DNA from: Klebsormidium nitens
Taxonomy: Eukaryota > Plantae > Klebsormidiophyceae
Direction: 5' to 3'
Length of the DNA: 64,000 nucleotides
Assembly (NCBI GenBank): GCA_000708835.1
Contig: DF237248.1
Location: 44,499-108,498, forward strand
Below the pieces are notes generated by a model. The model ran no database searches, was not told the origin of the DNA, and saw only the letters and a program-made list of their open reading frames with translations. How positions within the stretch are numbered: position 1 is the stretch's first letter; each line of letters opens with the position of its first letter. The position numbers were made by a program, and so were the translations under genes. Shown piece after piece: positions 1 through 21,118 of this stretch.

Positions 1-169
1 CCAGACAGTCGACCTCAGTCCTTCTGAAAGGAAGATCAAGTCTGGCGATATGTTGATCATATCAGCACAGAGGCGCAGAACCAGAAGCTGGACTTAGACG
101 TGACGTAAAGCAAAGGACGAGCGTACAGACGTCAAGGGTGTTTAAGCGAAAGTGCCCGGGGAGTCTTAC

Positions 170-8833
<8,664 letters not shown>

Positions 8834-10157
8834 CTGACACGATGGGAGGGGCAAAGTCAATCCATTCACAGCCTGCTTTGGCGGTCCTACTGCTTATGTT
8901 GCAGCGACCCAAAGCGCCTACAATTGACCTTAAGTGGTGAAGCGCCATCTGTTGAGATTATGGATCAGTTTGCTGTGCCTTGATTGGTTAGAAGTGATCA
9001 AGGAATCTAGATGATGAGCCTTCTGTCACCAGGCTAAGAGCCACATTGGAAAACCTACTTGCTTGATCCACATGATCTCTGCCTGCGAGCAACTTTGCAA
9101 TCAGAAGCTCGCACAATTGTATGCCTTCAGCTCTACTTGTGTAGCTGCAAACTAAATGCCCACCAATCAACTCATGATCTGGTCAACAAAATCGGTGCCC
9201 CATTGCAGGTCAGTGGTCAGGAACAATGTGATCTGCCCACATTCCCTGGGTGCACGGTTTGCTGCTGCTCTGAGGTAGACCAATGAGGGCGGAATTACGA
9301 AGCAGCATAAGGGCCTACATGAATTCGCATGATTTGTCAGCACCACCCTGTTTTAGATCTTTGCATTTTCACGTTGATGTCAAATTCTGGCGCAAGCTCT
9401 CTCTGCATTGCGCATTCCTCATTCAGTGCTTGCTGGCACTTGGTGGCTCAAATTGTGCACAGAAATCTGGCGAGGCGCGACTAGGTAGATCCCTGCATTT
9501 GCAAGCTAGCTAGCTCTGCGTGATCATCTCTCGTCCACCCCCTTTGCACTTGGCATGTAGTTTGGCCAGCTGCCGGGCTTCTGTGTTGGTTGAAAGTTGG
9601 GGGGTAAGGATTGGCGCAAAAGTGGCCCCCCATTTGAGATATCTTCGCCAGGGGGTGCGCTTTGGCAACAGCATTGGCAAGCAGCATTGTGCATGATGAG
9701 CTCGCCAGAGTGATGAAGTCCAAGGAGAATTGCAATGCGGTAGCTGCGCTTTTCTGAGGCATTTGATAGCTTTTGAACGATCTTAATCCAGCTGGAAGGG
9801 ACGTAATTCAGCTGAGAGATGTCCTACGATCTGTTTGTTCTGGACAATCGACCCTTGCTCGGGACCTATCACATTAGCAAGGACGTTTGCAAGGCGAAAG
9901 ACAAATGTGCAATCCACCAAGCGCTCTGCTTGAGATCTAAACCAAAGCTGAGCAGGCGGTCAGCTTGTGGTATCAACGGCCGTCCCCCCCAAGATCTGGC
10001 CAATGCCCCCAGCATACTCATTCATCGCACAGGATTTCTTCCAGCTAAGGGCGTCAAGTTCAGCAGGAAGCGGGGTTCACCACTTTCATACTCTGCACTT
10101 CCATCAGCGACAAGCCTGCCTGTGTTGAATAACCACCCAAATCAATCACTCCTGGTG

Positions 10158-13100
10158 ATGCTTGTCATGATGGCTGAAGTTGTCGCACTGAGCCTTGTGC
10201 TCCTCCCTGCTTCGGTGCTGTTCATTGGGTAAGTGCACAGCTGATCACCACTGTTCAGTCTGTTGCCTTGCAGCAGTGGATAAAACGGGCCTGGCAACTT
10301 CCAGCTGGGACCCCTTTTGCGGCCGTGCAGTATACCAACTTGTAGTATCAAGTGCGCCTTCCAACAAAGCCACGCAAGCGTATTGATGCCAAGCCACTGA
10401 TCCTCAGCACAAAGCCCTCTCGACCTCTTGGGTGCAGGGTCTTCTTCCAGCCCCGTCTCATCATGCAACTGACACAGCGACTTTTCCCCTCTGTCCTGTT
10501 CCTTTGGCCCACGAAGTGTGAGACCTCTTCCCCCCATTCTATCTGCATAGCCAAAGTTCTGAAATTTGTACTGCATCCCTCAGAAATAGCGGCATCTCTA
10601 ATTGGAAAGGAATGTCCTCTTAGGTGGTTTTGCAGTTTATGAAAATAAACATACAAAACTCGTGCCATTCTCATTGGGAGAGGCCCTTGAACCTGATTGT
10701 ATCGTTGAAGCAGTTTGAGCCTCTCAGAACGGGTTACAGTAAAGCAAGATATAAGTCCCCCTCCATTGTGTTCTGCGTATTTGGACTCTCAAACTCATTC
10801 AGTTCTTTTCCTGAAAGTCTCTTCTTTGAAGTGTTCTTTATCTCGATAATCCTTAATCTACTGCATTCTGTACTCGGGGCTGACGCTGTCCATACTTTGC
10901 TTGCAGCAAAGGTGGTGGCCCTGACGATTGACGATTCTCCACACGATGCCGTCACACCAGAGGTCAGTCACTTATGCTCCGCGCTTGATGATACGTCCTG
11001 AGTCTGGTAACACCTAAAATCCCAAATCCTCGAGCCAGGTTTGAGATGTGCGACCGTCCCCCTGGATCGAGAACAGCACAACAGGCTGCACTGATTAATC
11101 ATGAATTTGACGACATTTGCCCTCACCCATTGAGTCTGGTGATCTCAGCCCAATCAGGCTCTGCAGCTGGTTTTGAAATGAAATCAAGTGAGAACGTTAA
11201 AGCCCTTGAGAAGGTCCGAAATCCTTCACTGCAGCTTTCCAATTGCATCTCAAAAGAGTGGGCGTGCTGACCTGTCAAGGTCACATGACGATTTGTGTAA
11301 AGGCATAACATCAAAGGCTAATAGTGGCTTTTGCCCCGGTGTACGTGGGGAGTAATCCTGAGTGTGAAGTGTCCAGCCTGTTCGAAATTTTACCAACCGA
11401 GTGAATATGATTAAGTGCGCCGTTTTACAAGGCATTGATCGACCAGATTATACATGTAGGTTATGCCGGAAAGGTTCATACGACAGTATGACCACTAGAC
11501 CGCCGAGTGATCTTGAAGCGTCTGAATCGTTTGACCGGAAATAGGGAAGGCCTCGAGCCAACTCGAAGTGGGTCACGTGGCTCCTTGAAGCAGTCCGTTT
11601 CCCCCGATTTCAAGCATGGTTCAGACCCAACCTGAATCTAAAACCGAGAGTTACTTGCCACGCTGGCTGAGAGTCGAACCCCAGCCTTTCTGGTCGACGC
11701 CAGCCCTTAAAACAGTGCGTCGCTTCGAAAGAAGTCGTCGCTTTCCCTTTGCAGGTACTGGACGTTCTTCAGGAACACGACTGCAAGGCCACGTTCTTCA
11801 TTATTGGAAGTTACTTGGACAAGTGGCCGCATCTAGTTGACCAAATGCACAAAGAGGGTGAGACTTGGACTTCTCATCTGAGACCCGTAGAAGTGCCAGC
11901 GAAGATTGAGGTGTGGCTGTCTTCCGCGCTCTCTTATTGGCGCCAATCTTTTTGAAACCGTTCGAAGCAGACAAGCGAAGGAGAGCCCAATCTTCCCTGC
12001 TTCGTAATCCTCTGCAATATCCGAAGTTTGAGACTCGTGAAGGGAGATCTGGTTTTCGAACCCAAAGCCGAGATTTGACGTCTGATCGTGTTGTTTTGCC
12101 AGGTCATGAGCTCGGCAACCACACGATGGAAGACACGGCGAGCTGGAAGTTGAGCAAGGTAAGTGATAGATATATTTCAGGCTTTCTGAAGACTCAGAAA
12201 GGAAACTCGGACCGGTTTCGGCCTTGTTGTCGACTTTCTGCATTAAGAAATTGACTCAAACAAACGGCGTGCCACTCGACAACGAGCCCATCGCTCGGGT
12301 CTAGAGTCCTCGATGGTCGGTGTCGAACGCTCAGCACCGTTCTCCTACTTGTAACCGTGTGGTGGGCATTACGAGTTCTGCCTTGGTTCTCAGCCTTCAA
12401 TGCAGGACAACAATGAACGAAAATAGTTATGCGAAAGACGATTAGCAGTCGTGTTGCTTCCATGGCCCTACTTCGTGACGCGATCATTATGCTTGCCTTA
12501 GCATGCCTTTGACCCCACCGATCGACCCTTGAAAAGATTCGAGACAGCCATATTCTCTACGGATTGAATCGTAGCCTCAAGAATCGCAGGTAAGCTTAGA
12601 CATGGACATGACTTGCTTCTGCTCGCCGCACTGCTTCGCAAGCAAGGGGATCGCAAAGCCAGATTCGTGTCGACCTTTCAGGCTGGACCGCCCTTCTCAA
12701 GGGATGCTCGTCAAATCATTTTTATTCCGTTCCGTTACTCTTCCAGGACGAATTGGAGCGGCAGCTGCTAGAAACGGACTCCCGGTTGCAGCCTTACTGG
12801 GGCGCGAACAGTATCAAGTGGTTCCGGCCGGTAAGTGACGGACTTTCCCCCGCTTTTTTTGTCACTCTCGTTCCTTCGGTATTCCTGAGATTCGAAGCCA
12901 GTCCGTAAGTGTGCAAAAAAGGGTTCGAAAACAGTCTCACTCACGCGGATGGACTATGCAGAAGGTCACCCATCCAGATCCGAAAGATGTTCGATCCGGA
13001 CGGCGCCTTGAGGGTTCTTGTCGGGGTGCTTACATAATCTGCTTTAGAATCTGGTTTGCATCATGAAAGCTGGTTACTAGGTGGCAGTCTGGAAACACGT

Positions 13101-14720
13101 CGCGACAATAGAACGCTTCTAGACACCCGGTCCGTAAGCTGAAGTCGTTGACAACCCAAAAAAGAAACACTGTTCACTCGGATACTCCGTAAAAATAGTC
13201 CGTAAAAATTCTCTCAGCTTGAAGCTATTAGAGCGGGCATAGCAAACGGACGTAGAGTCGGACTACGAAGTCAATCGACCCGCGAATATCGCAATCCTAT
13301 TTCACGGTCAGCGTGCCAGACGTTGACGAACAGACCTGTAATTTCAAAAGAACGAGTTTCCGGCTGGAGTAAGTGCCGATCAACATGTTGACCGCTAACC
13401 AACTCACAAACCGCAGTAAACTTCTAGATAATAAGTTCTTTTCACCCCCGTACAGGGCCACGGCTGGTTCACGCAAAGCATGATGACAACCCTGCGCAAG
13501 CACGGGTACCGCGTCGCGCTGGGGTCGCTCTTCCCACATGACCCCTTCTTCGTAGACCAAGGGCCGCTCATTGCGAAGTACCTTTTAGCCCGGGTGAGCT
13601 TTTTCTAGGATTCCCGAGAAGCTTTACCGCGCTTTTACAGAACGCATGGCAGATGACAGGGGGTCCCGAAGTGGGAAGCATCTCTGAACCCGGGTGAGCC
13701 GTCCCCGCTTTGCCGAGACATTTCCGCGCCTTTCCAGGACACGTGGCAAAGAGGCACCGTTTGGAGAGACTAAAGAGACCGCGCCACGGGAATTGAGGTC
13801 CACCGGAGGTGTTCACGGACGGTTTCGCCGTCACTTTCGCCGTCAGAGCAGCTCGCTGGTTTCGCCGGCTGTGCACCTTTGAGACCAATTTGCAGAAGGC
13901 GCCTAAAGGCCAGCAGTTGACCGGTCGGCGCTGTTTGTAGAGCACGTCATACTGTCCGCGAAGTCCTGAATGAGCTTCTAGATGAGCTTTTGAGACATCA
14001 GTCGACCGGGGTCGCGCTGCGTTGCTAACCTCAGGACAAATCTGCGGTAATCTTTGAAAGGTCCTGCCCCCCTTGCGTCCACTGAGCAAGCCAAACACCG
14101 CTCCCGAGCAGCTAGAAGTTGATTGTAGAAGGCTGGTCTATCAAAACCAAATTAGGGGACGCATTCTCGATCGTACCACAATTGAAGGTGCCGTCTGACC
14201 ATCCCTCGCAGGTGTACCCGGGCGCTGTCATTATTCTCCATGATGGAAAGCCAAGCCGTCGACAGCTGATAGACGTGAGTCTTCGCTTGATTCTCAAGAC
14301 GGGTCCCTTGCTTTTCGATGCCCTTCGTCACTATCTACTGAAATCTACGAAGGCCGTTCCTCTGACTTGTTCAATCTGCAGAGCCTGCATCTCTCGCTTT
14401 CTCGACGGATGCGCTGACGTCGGCTCGAGGCAGCAAAGATCTGTTAAGCCCTCGCCGGAATACGGTCGCTGGCTTTTTCTCCGCACTTGTCAGGCGTTGC
14501 TGTTGGTATTAGAAAGTCGACAATCTCTTCCGTCGTGTAAACTATGTGGGCGCTCACCGTTACGATCAATGCTTCCTGCCACGTCGTGCAGGCTTTGAAG
14601 ATTTTGCTACCCGAACTCAAACGCCGTGGCTATAAAGTAGTGACTCTTTCGAGCTTAGTCGGAGAGAAGCCTAAGGCAGGCAGTGCTTCCAATGCTGGTC
14701 GTCCTTCCAAAATCCAATGA
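10158..14720 (+). CDS. Polysaccharide deacetylase (CE4/NodB homology domain) with N-terminal hydrophobic anchor, about 259 aa
   Basis: Exons 10158-10228, 10438-10517, 10907-10962, 11755-11857, 12103-12158, 12747-12830, 13456-13593, 14212-14274 and 14592-14720 join in phase. Motifs: VALTIDDSP, KATFFIIG, GHELGNHT, KWFRPGHG, GAVIILHDG, ELKRRGYKVVTLS. The start ATG could be 10158, 10167 or 10170. Confidence 0.9.
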
Positions 14721-15730
14721 TGGAGCGGACCTCATGGACCAGTCGGTCTTTGCGTCCGGATGCAGCGGCCGCTAAAAGGCGGAACATTAGCAAGCTCATC
14801 TTGGCCGCAAGTCTTTACCTGCATATGACCGGGTTCGCTTTGTCAATCTGGTGCATGAGGTTGCTGCGCGGCGGGACTGGTTGGTGAAGAATGATGATTG
14901 GCTAGGGTCCTCGAGAAGGCTGCGCTTCGGCAACATGTGTGCATGTAAGGCATTGTGCGCATCATCACTCTTGGATCAATCAAGTGCTTCACTGATCTGG
15001 TCAAGATATCTTCTGTCGAATGCGTGTCCCAGTTTGTGATCTATTCAATGACTGCAAATGATGGGGACGGTTACATGTATATATAAATATTGATTGTGGT
15101 CATGCACATTAGTGCATTGGCGCTCGCGCGTTTACTTCAGTCCGTTCAGGCACACGGACTCGCGGCTGCACCACTACAGCTGCATGACACTCAGTGTGAT
15201 GCAGCCAGGCCAGCACATCATGGATGCGCGGAGTTCCGATAGGACATGGACGTACAAAGTACCGCCAGATCGATTAGCTGAATATTATTGAATGAGGAAG
15301 AATTCTGTGGCTTCTACCATCATCAAGCGATGATTGTCATCATGCGTTTACGCATGCTTTCCATGTACAGACTCACCGCTAGAGCTTCCAATGCATGCGA
15401 CATGTATCATGTTCGACAGTTGGCAACGTACGTTGCACAATCCACATAATTAGTCCCGATTGTGTCCTTACGTATTTGGTTCGATAATTGCAAGATTTTT
15501 CATCTCGTCCATCAGGGAGTCTGGGCTCTCGCAGTCTTCTACATCAACGTACTGCAGTATGCTGTACTTCTACTATGACAGAAGTCTTGGATCACAGGGC
15601 ACGGCAGCAAAATCAAAAAGCCACAATGGCAATTGCCTTTGATCAGATAATACAATAGCTAAGCAACGCGCGCACAAGAAGTTGTTGCCAAATTGCTGCG
15701 GACCAGGTCAAATCCTAACCACCCGTCAGC

Positions 15731-18700
15731 TTAACCCAGGTGCTCGAGCAGAAACTCTGCCGCATTCCCGACCGCCTTGTCGATCACAGCCGGGTCCTCG
15801 TAGAACTGGAAATGGTTAACGCCGTCTTCCTTGACCAACTTCTTCTTCTCGCTCGCGATCGTCTCGAAGTGCTTGTAAGCTGACGGCGGCCCGTCCGAGA
15901 ACTCGCCGTGGATCATGATGGTCGGGACCTTCAACTGGGCGGCGCCAGCGTTGAGCGACTCGAACTCCATGTACCTGAAACGGTCCACAGAACGTCCGGT
16001 TTAGAACCAAAAGGTCCTCTTCCCCAAGCTCGATGAAGGTCTGAACGGGCTCAGAATGCTCCGGGAATCCAGACAGCTGCTACCAGTAACGAGCGTTAAA
16101 GCTGTTTACTTTACGCCCAGCTCGCAGAATTGGCAGGGATAAGCTAACCACGCCGTTGGATCAGGTGGGTTGGCTTCCTGCGGCCTGCCCAGTTCAAAGG
16201 TCGGCAAAGTTGACCCTCACCCACGGTCAACTCTGGCAGGTTCGGCAAACGCATATGAGGTAGCACCCAAGAAACAAACGATCCGAATGTCAAGGCACGA
16301 AGAAGTATTAAGCCAAACCGTTTTTCAATCGAACCCAGAACGAACTGTCAACACTCGGAGAGTCTGTTGCCAAAGCATGGCCACGCGATTGTGAAACCTC
16401 TGAGATGACGCAGTACGAGCGCGGACCTGACGGAGCTCATGAGCGCCAAGCCACATCGTCGATTCTGAAGCTAGAAAGGCTGAACGACAAATCAAACAAG
16501 AGCATGTTTTCGACCCATTTCCAAAGAGCTGTATGGCATGACGTAGTGTGAGCGCTAACGTAGTGTGAGCGCCACCCTGTTCTGCCAGATTTGCCTATCA
16601 ATATTCATTACATTCTCGTTTGGTCAATACACTTTTTTTCCGAGGAAGCTAAAAGGCAAAGAACTTCAAGGGCTTTATGTCGAGACGTTTCAGAGCATTG
16701 GAAGAGCTTTAATTTCACGTAGAGGGAGCGCTGACCTGACGTACCTATTTTTTCGAAGAAGCAATATTTGATAAATTCCAAGGCCATTATGTCGAGACGT
16801 TTCAGAGGGTTTGGAACAACTACAGCTTCACGGCGAGCGAGCGCTGACCTGACGTAGCTCATGAGCGCCACCCGGTTCTCCCAGATGCCGCGATCGGCCC
16901 AGCCATGGTACCAATCCCAGATGGGCTTCCAGGGGAGGCCCACGTCCTTGCGGAGGGGATCAACGATCGGAATGTACTCAACCTGGAGCAAAGCACGAGG
17001 ACCGTTTGATTTGGATACGGCAAAGGGGCATGAGAGAGTCGGCAGAAATTAGGGATCACTGTATCGACCGGTCTGACGAATGCAAGCAAGCAACCGGCAG
17101 CTCGACAATTTCCAACTTCCGTATCATCTTTCTTTCCCCGGACGGCTGAGAGAACCTTCTCCAATTCGTGCGTCTTAGGTCCCCCTTCTTTCGAAGTTGT
17201 GTGTGGAGATCTGGTGGAGAGTTCGACTTCAAAATAGCTGCTGAAAGGTTCAGCCTGTTACCCATTCTGTACTGAACGAGATTGATCAGAAAGCGTTTGA
17301 TGGTTTGCAGTGGACCCCGGAGTCTGCAAGTCCGCCAGATCTCCATATGAAGAGCGAAGAGCCCATCCAACCCCCTGCGGGAATAGGTACTGCGTCCAGA
17401 TGCTACAATCCAGAGCTGATGAAACTTCACTGTAATGAAAGGACGACTTCACATGGTAATACAGAGTCGTCTTCAATCTCTTATCACCCAACCTGGAGAC
17501 CGTTCTAGTTGCAACTCAAAGGTCATGTTGATCTGAGCTTCCGACCCTGACGACCTTCGATCCGACCACAAACGATATCGTTTGCTTTCAACTCCTCTGT
17601 CGAATCCAAGGTCGGTTAAGTTTGAAGCTCAACCACTCATCTCCCCCGACGCTTGATACTTCTTTAGGGCGGCATGTGCATTCCAGCAGAGTTCAAGGAA
17701 ACTCTGAGCTTCACTCTCAAATCCAACAATTCCAGACCAGATCGCTGGTCTTTCTTCAGAAGTGCTTCGACATCTCGTTTGGATCTGGAGATTTGCCACG
17801 CCAAAATCTCAAGCCACCCACCTCCCCAGTCGCCTCATACTTCTCCAGGAGGGCGGCCTTTCCTGTTCTAAGCGAAGTCTCAAACCCGACACCCTCAAGT
17901 CCAAATCGCTGCTCTGTCTTCAAATCGCTTCATATAACACATTCTTTGCATCTGAAACTCGTTCAGTCGAGAAACTCGAGCCACTCACCTCCCCAGTCGC
18001 CTGGTACTTCTCCAGGGCAGCCTTCGCCTTCTCACTCCGCTGCTGCAGCCGCGCCTCCGCTTCCTCCACCTTGATCTCCCCCCCCAGGAGCTCCAGCCCT
18101 CCGATAAGCGCCACGTCGTTATCATGCTCGCGATAATGGCCACTGACCACAGCCGCCGCTTTGATGTTCGGATTAGAGGCAGCCGCAACCATGACCTCCG
18201 AAGCGCCCTCGCAGACCCCAAGCGCCGCAATCTTGTCTGCGAAGCGAGGATTACAGTTATGAGTGCTGGGGTGATCAGCGTTCTAGAGTAACGAAGCGTT
18301 CTAGGCAATTGCGATTGGGCCGCCGCAAGCCCCGCGTTTCAGAGTTGAGATTCCTAGGATTGCCGCCGCAAGCCCCGCATTTCAGAGTTGAGATTCCTAG
18401 GATTGCAAATTTCACCCTTTCTCTGAACTACTAGCCGGGATTAAAGTGGTTATCTGGGTTGTTTCAAGTCCTTGCTTTGAATCTCAACAACCTCAGCAAT
18501 TCAGTGAGTGACTTGGATGTGCTCCATTCCTCAACCCAACAATCGTTTGGACCCTATGCAACCCAAGTTCACACTCACATTGATCCTGCAAAGCTGAGTC
18601 CAGTCGAAATCAAAGTCCTGTCAAAGTCAAAGTCCTTCACCCCCTGGAAACTTCGAAGCTCACCTGCGTCAACCTCGGGCCGGCTCTTCAGGAACTCAAT

Positions 18701-19000
18701 CGCACTGCCCAAATCCACCACCTTGTTCTGCGGCTCCTCCAATCTCCGCGGTTCTCCCTTACTCGCCCCATGCGTCCGGCAGTCAAACGCCAGAGCCACA
18801 AACCCCTCATCAGCGAGCCTGGTTGCGTACTGAACCGGTGCCTGTTCTTTGACATAACAGAAGGGCCCCAGGATCGCAACAGCTGGCGCTTTGCTGACGT
18901 CACCCCCCTGAGGAAGGTACAGATTGCCCACCAGTTCCACGCCCTCGCTCTGGAAGGTCACGGGCTCGACGGTGTAGCGGCCGTGCCGCGGGGGCGCCAT
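15731..19000 (-). CDS. Alpha/beta-fold hydrolase, bacterial YcjY/S15-like family, about 320 aa
   Basis: Exons 18664-19000, 17989-18236, 16849-16982 and 15731-15974 join in phase. Motifs: VTFQSEGVELVGNLYLP, YVKEQ, FD..THGASKGEPR, nucleophile elbow GVCEG, IHGEFSD, NHFQFYE. Confidence 0.9.
16417..16744 (-). repeat. Three degenerate copies of the hydrolase exon-3 end plus donor
   Basis: gagcgctgacctgacgtagctcatgagcgccacc (true, 16840-16873) recurs in part at 16417-16452, 16558-16595 and 16726-16744. Confidence 0.85.
17632..17860 (-). repeat. Two degenerate copies of the hydrolase exon-2 end plus donor
   Basis: ccactcacctccccagtcgcctggtacttctccagg (true, 17981-18016) recurs at 17813-17860 and 17632-17673. 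Confidence 0.85.
18319..18404. repeat. 43-bp direct tandem duplication (2 copies, 1 mismatch) in a hydrolase intron
   Basis: gccgccgcaagccccgc(g/a)tttcagagttgagattcctaggatt occurs twice. Confidence 0.9.
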
Positions 19001-19309
19001 CTTTGGGGGGCGCTGCAGAGAAATCTGATGCTTTTGTATTTTACAGATAGCCAATCGTGGTTGAGTTCTGGAGAAGTGCGCACGCAGCCCAGATGGGATT
19101 GCCCTGAACTCTTAGTGGGGCTTTGTAGATTCGAGATCTGGAAAGAAAAGGCAGGAGGCAAACGACATGTGGGTGCCTTAGTTTTGGCACTACCCAGACA
19201 CTCGTCTCACCCTTCCAATGCCTTCAATTTGAAAATGCCCAGACACTCTTTACCCTTCGAGTGGCCTAAAGTCTGAACTGCCCACCGCTCACCACACCTT
19301 CAACCACAG

Positions 19310-21071
19310 CCAATAGAAAACTCCTACTGTGGCAAAAAGCAGTAATACATACAGAGCTCCAAGGCATACTCACGGGGATCCCTCACTTAAAGGGCCAGCT
19401 GCCGAGGGGGCTGAAAAAAGTTTTCGGTCTGGCATTTGAAGGGACAAAGTGGTTTCCAGATCAGTACAAGTTGCAGCCTGGTCTTTTTCTGAGCTTTGAG
19501 TGTCTCTTAGCTTCAGCCGACACAGGCCTCATGTAGGCTTTTACTGTACGTTTTGACCCGATTGCAAACCCTTTGAACATGGCCAGAAAAGTGCCAAGGG
19601 GACTGGTTGTACAATGCTTTGAGGATCCAGTTTCTCCTACTGCTGAGAAACTCAGCCTGACGCCGCTGTTAGATCACTTCTTAGCCATTTGCAATGTGAG
19701 AGGAACTGTACTATAATCAAGACAGCTCCGAGGAAAGGTTACAAGAAAACATACCCTCTCCATTTGTTTGAAGCCTGGCTTACCAGAAGCAACAGATTCA
19801 CCGCTTGAAGCAAAAAATTCATCAGCACATACTGAACCAAATTGCATCGCGGCCTGCTTCTTGTGTTGAAGTGCAGATCCAATACACTTTTGAACAGATT
19901 ATTCAAATTGACTAAGTCCATGATTCAAGGCAAGGACACCTCGTCAGCACAACTTCACAGACCAGCTTTAGAATTGCATTCAACCAGACGGCAAGGAGCT
20001 CACCTTTCAAAAGAAGGATGATCAACTAGATCGCCCAACCTTCTGGGCTGCTGCGCGCGGGGACTCCAAACCAAACTCCCTTTCACTTTAAGTAGCGTTT
20101 TCAGCAATGCAAAAAGAGAGGAACAACGACTTGAACCAGTTTAGGGGCTGTCAGTGCATATTAAATTTACGAATGCGACGGAAACGAGAATCAGGTAGGT
20201 AGGTATTATCTTACCGTACTCAAGAAAGCTACACGTCTGGACTCTGGACTCTGCACCCCGTGATTGAATTCAGGACTGCATTTGGAACCTTGTACATGAT
20301 GATATGGTCGCTTCGAGTGCCGCGCCGTTGGCCGGCTTGGCATTTGGATACCGTATCTGTACCTGGGCCCACCATGACCGTCTTTGAAGTCTAGCTGCAC
20401 CGTACCTATCGCATCTTCCATGACCGGTACACGGCATAAGCTATAGCATTCCCAGTGCAGTGGTGCGAGTCTGCAATCGAGTAACTACAGAATCCTGCTG
20501 CATTGAATGCATCCTGTTTAAGGAAAAGCTGTAGCCCGTCGATTGGAACCTCTGTCCAAAGAACGTACGGCTTGCATAAAACTAATCTTCCTAGACGGTT
20601 GATAATCGGCAGCTACCGGCTTTACGCTCACCGTCGATATCCAACATCGATGTGAGATATACGCTAGATCTGACTACTCCATGCCGACGGCATTCGGTTG
20701 CGGAAGATTCTTTGCGGCAAATACTTTCCACGTGGCAGATACGATATTCCCCAATCTTGCCACGGAGGCATTGCCAGGAGCAGAGCATACTTTCAAACGT
20801 GGCACTTAGTTATTTAATTGCGCCAATCAAACTCTGCGATAGCAGAAAGTATTGACCAGAACTCCGTGTAAGAAAGCTTTCATTGGTCCAGTTCGAGAGT
20901 TTGTTGCAAACATTCTTCAGGTCTTCGAAGCCTAGATGTTTCAGGAGCGCATCCGACTCCGAGTCCGAGTCGCCAGCTCCTGACTCTGAGCAAGAAGTTG
21001 CAACAGCACGGGCAAAATTGGAGGGAAGGCGAAACCGGAGAAAAGGAAGAGTCTGGCGGCAGTCAGTTTGA
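19310..21071 (+). CDS. Possible uncharacterised spliced gene (structure unresolved)
   Basis: Stop-free blocks with splice-like ends at 19310-19533 (LLLWQKAVIHTELQG...SADTGL), 19579-19695 (KVPRGLVVQCFEDP...FLAICN then gtgag) and about 19788-19871 (KQQIHRLKQKIHQHILNQIAS), plus an acidic/basic block at 20921-21071. No start codon or family was recognised. Confidence 0.25.
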
Positions 21072-21087
21072 TGAGGATATTCGGTGA

Positions 21088-21118
21088 CAAGGTGGCAAGG
21101 TGGCAAGGTGGCAAGGTG
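21088..21118. repeat. 8-bp tandem repeat (CAAGGTGG), about 4 copies
   Basis: caaggtggcaaggtggcaaggtggcaaggtg. Confidence 0.85.

Noticed and set aside
8834-10100. Candidate first exons of NAD-ME (e.g. 9061-9146, minus-strand ORF 9481-9762)
   Set aside because: Phase-compatible options exist but none has homology support; left unresolved.
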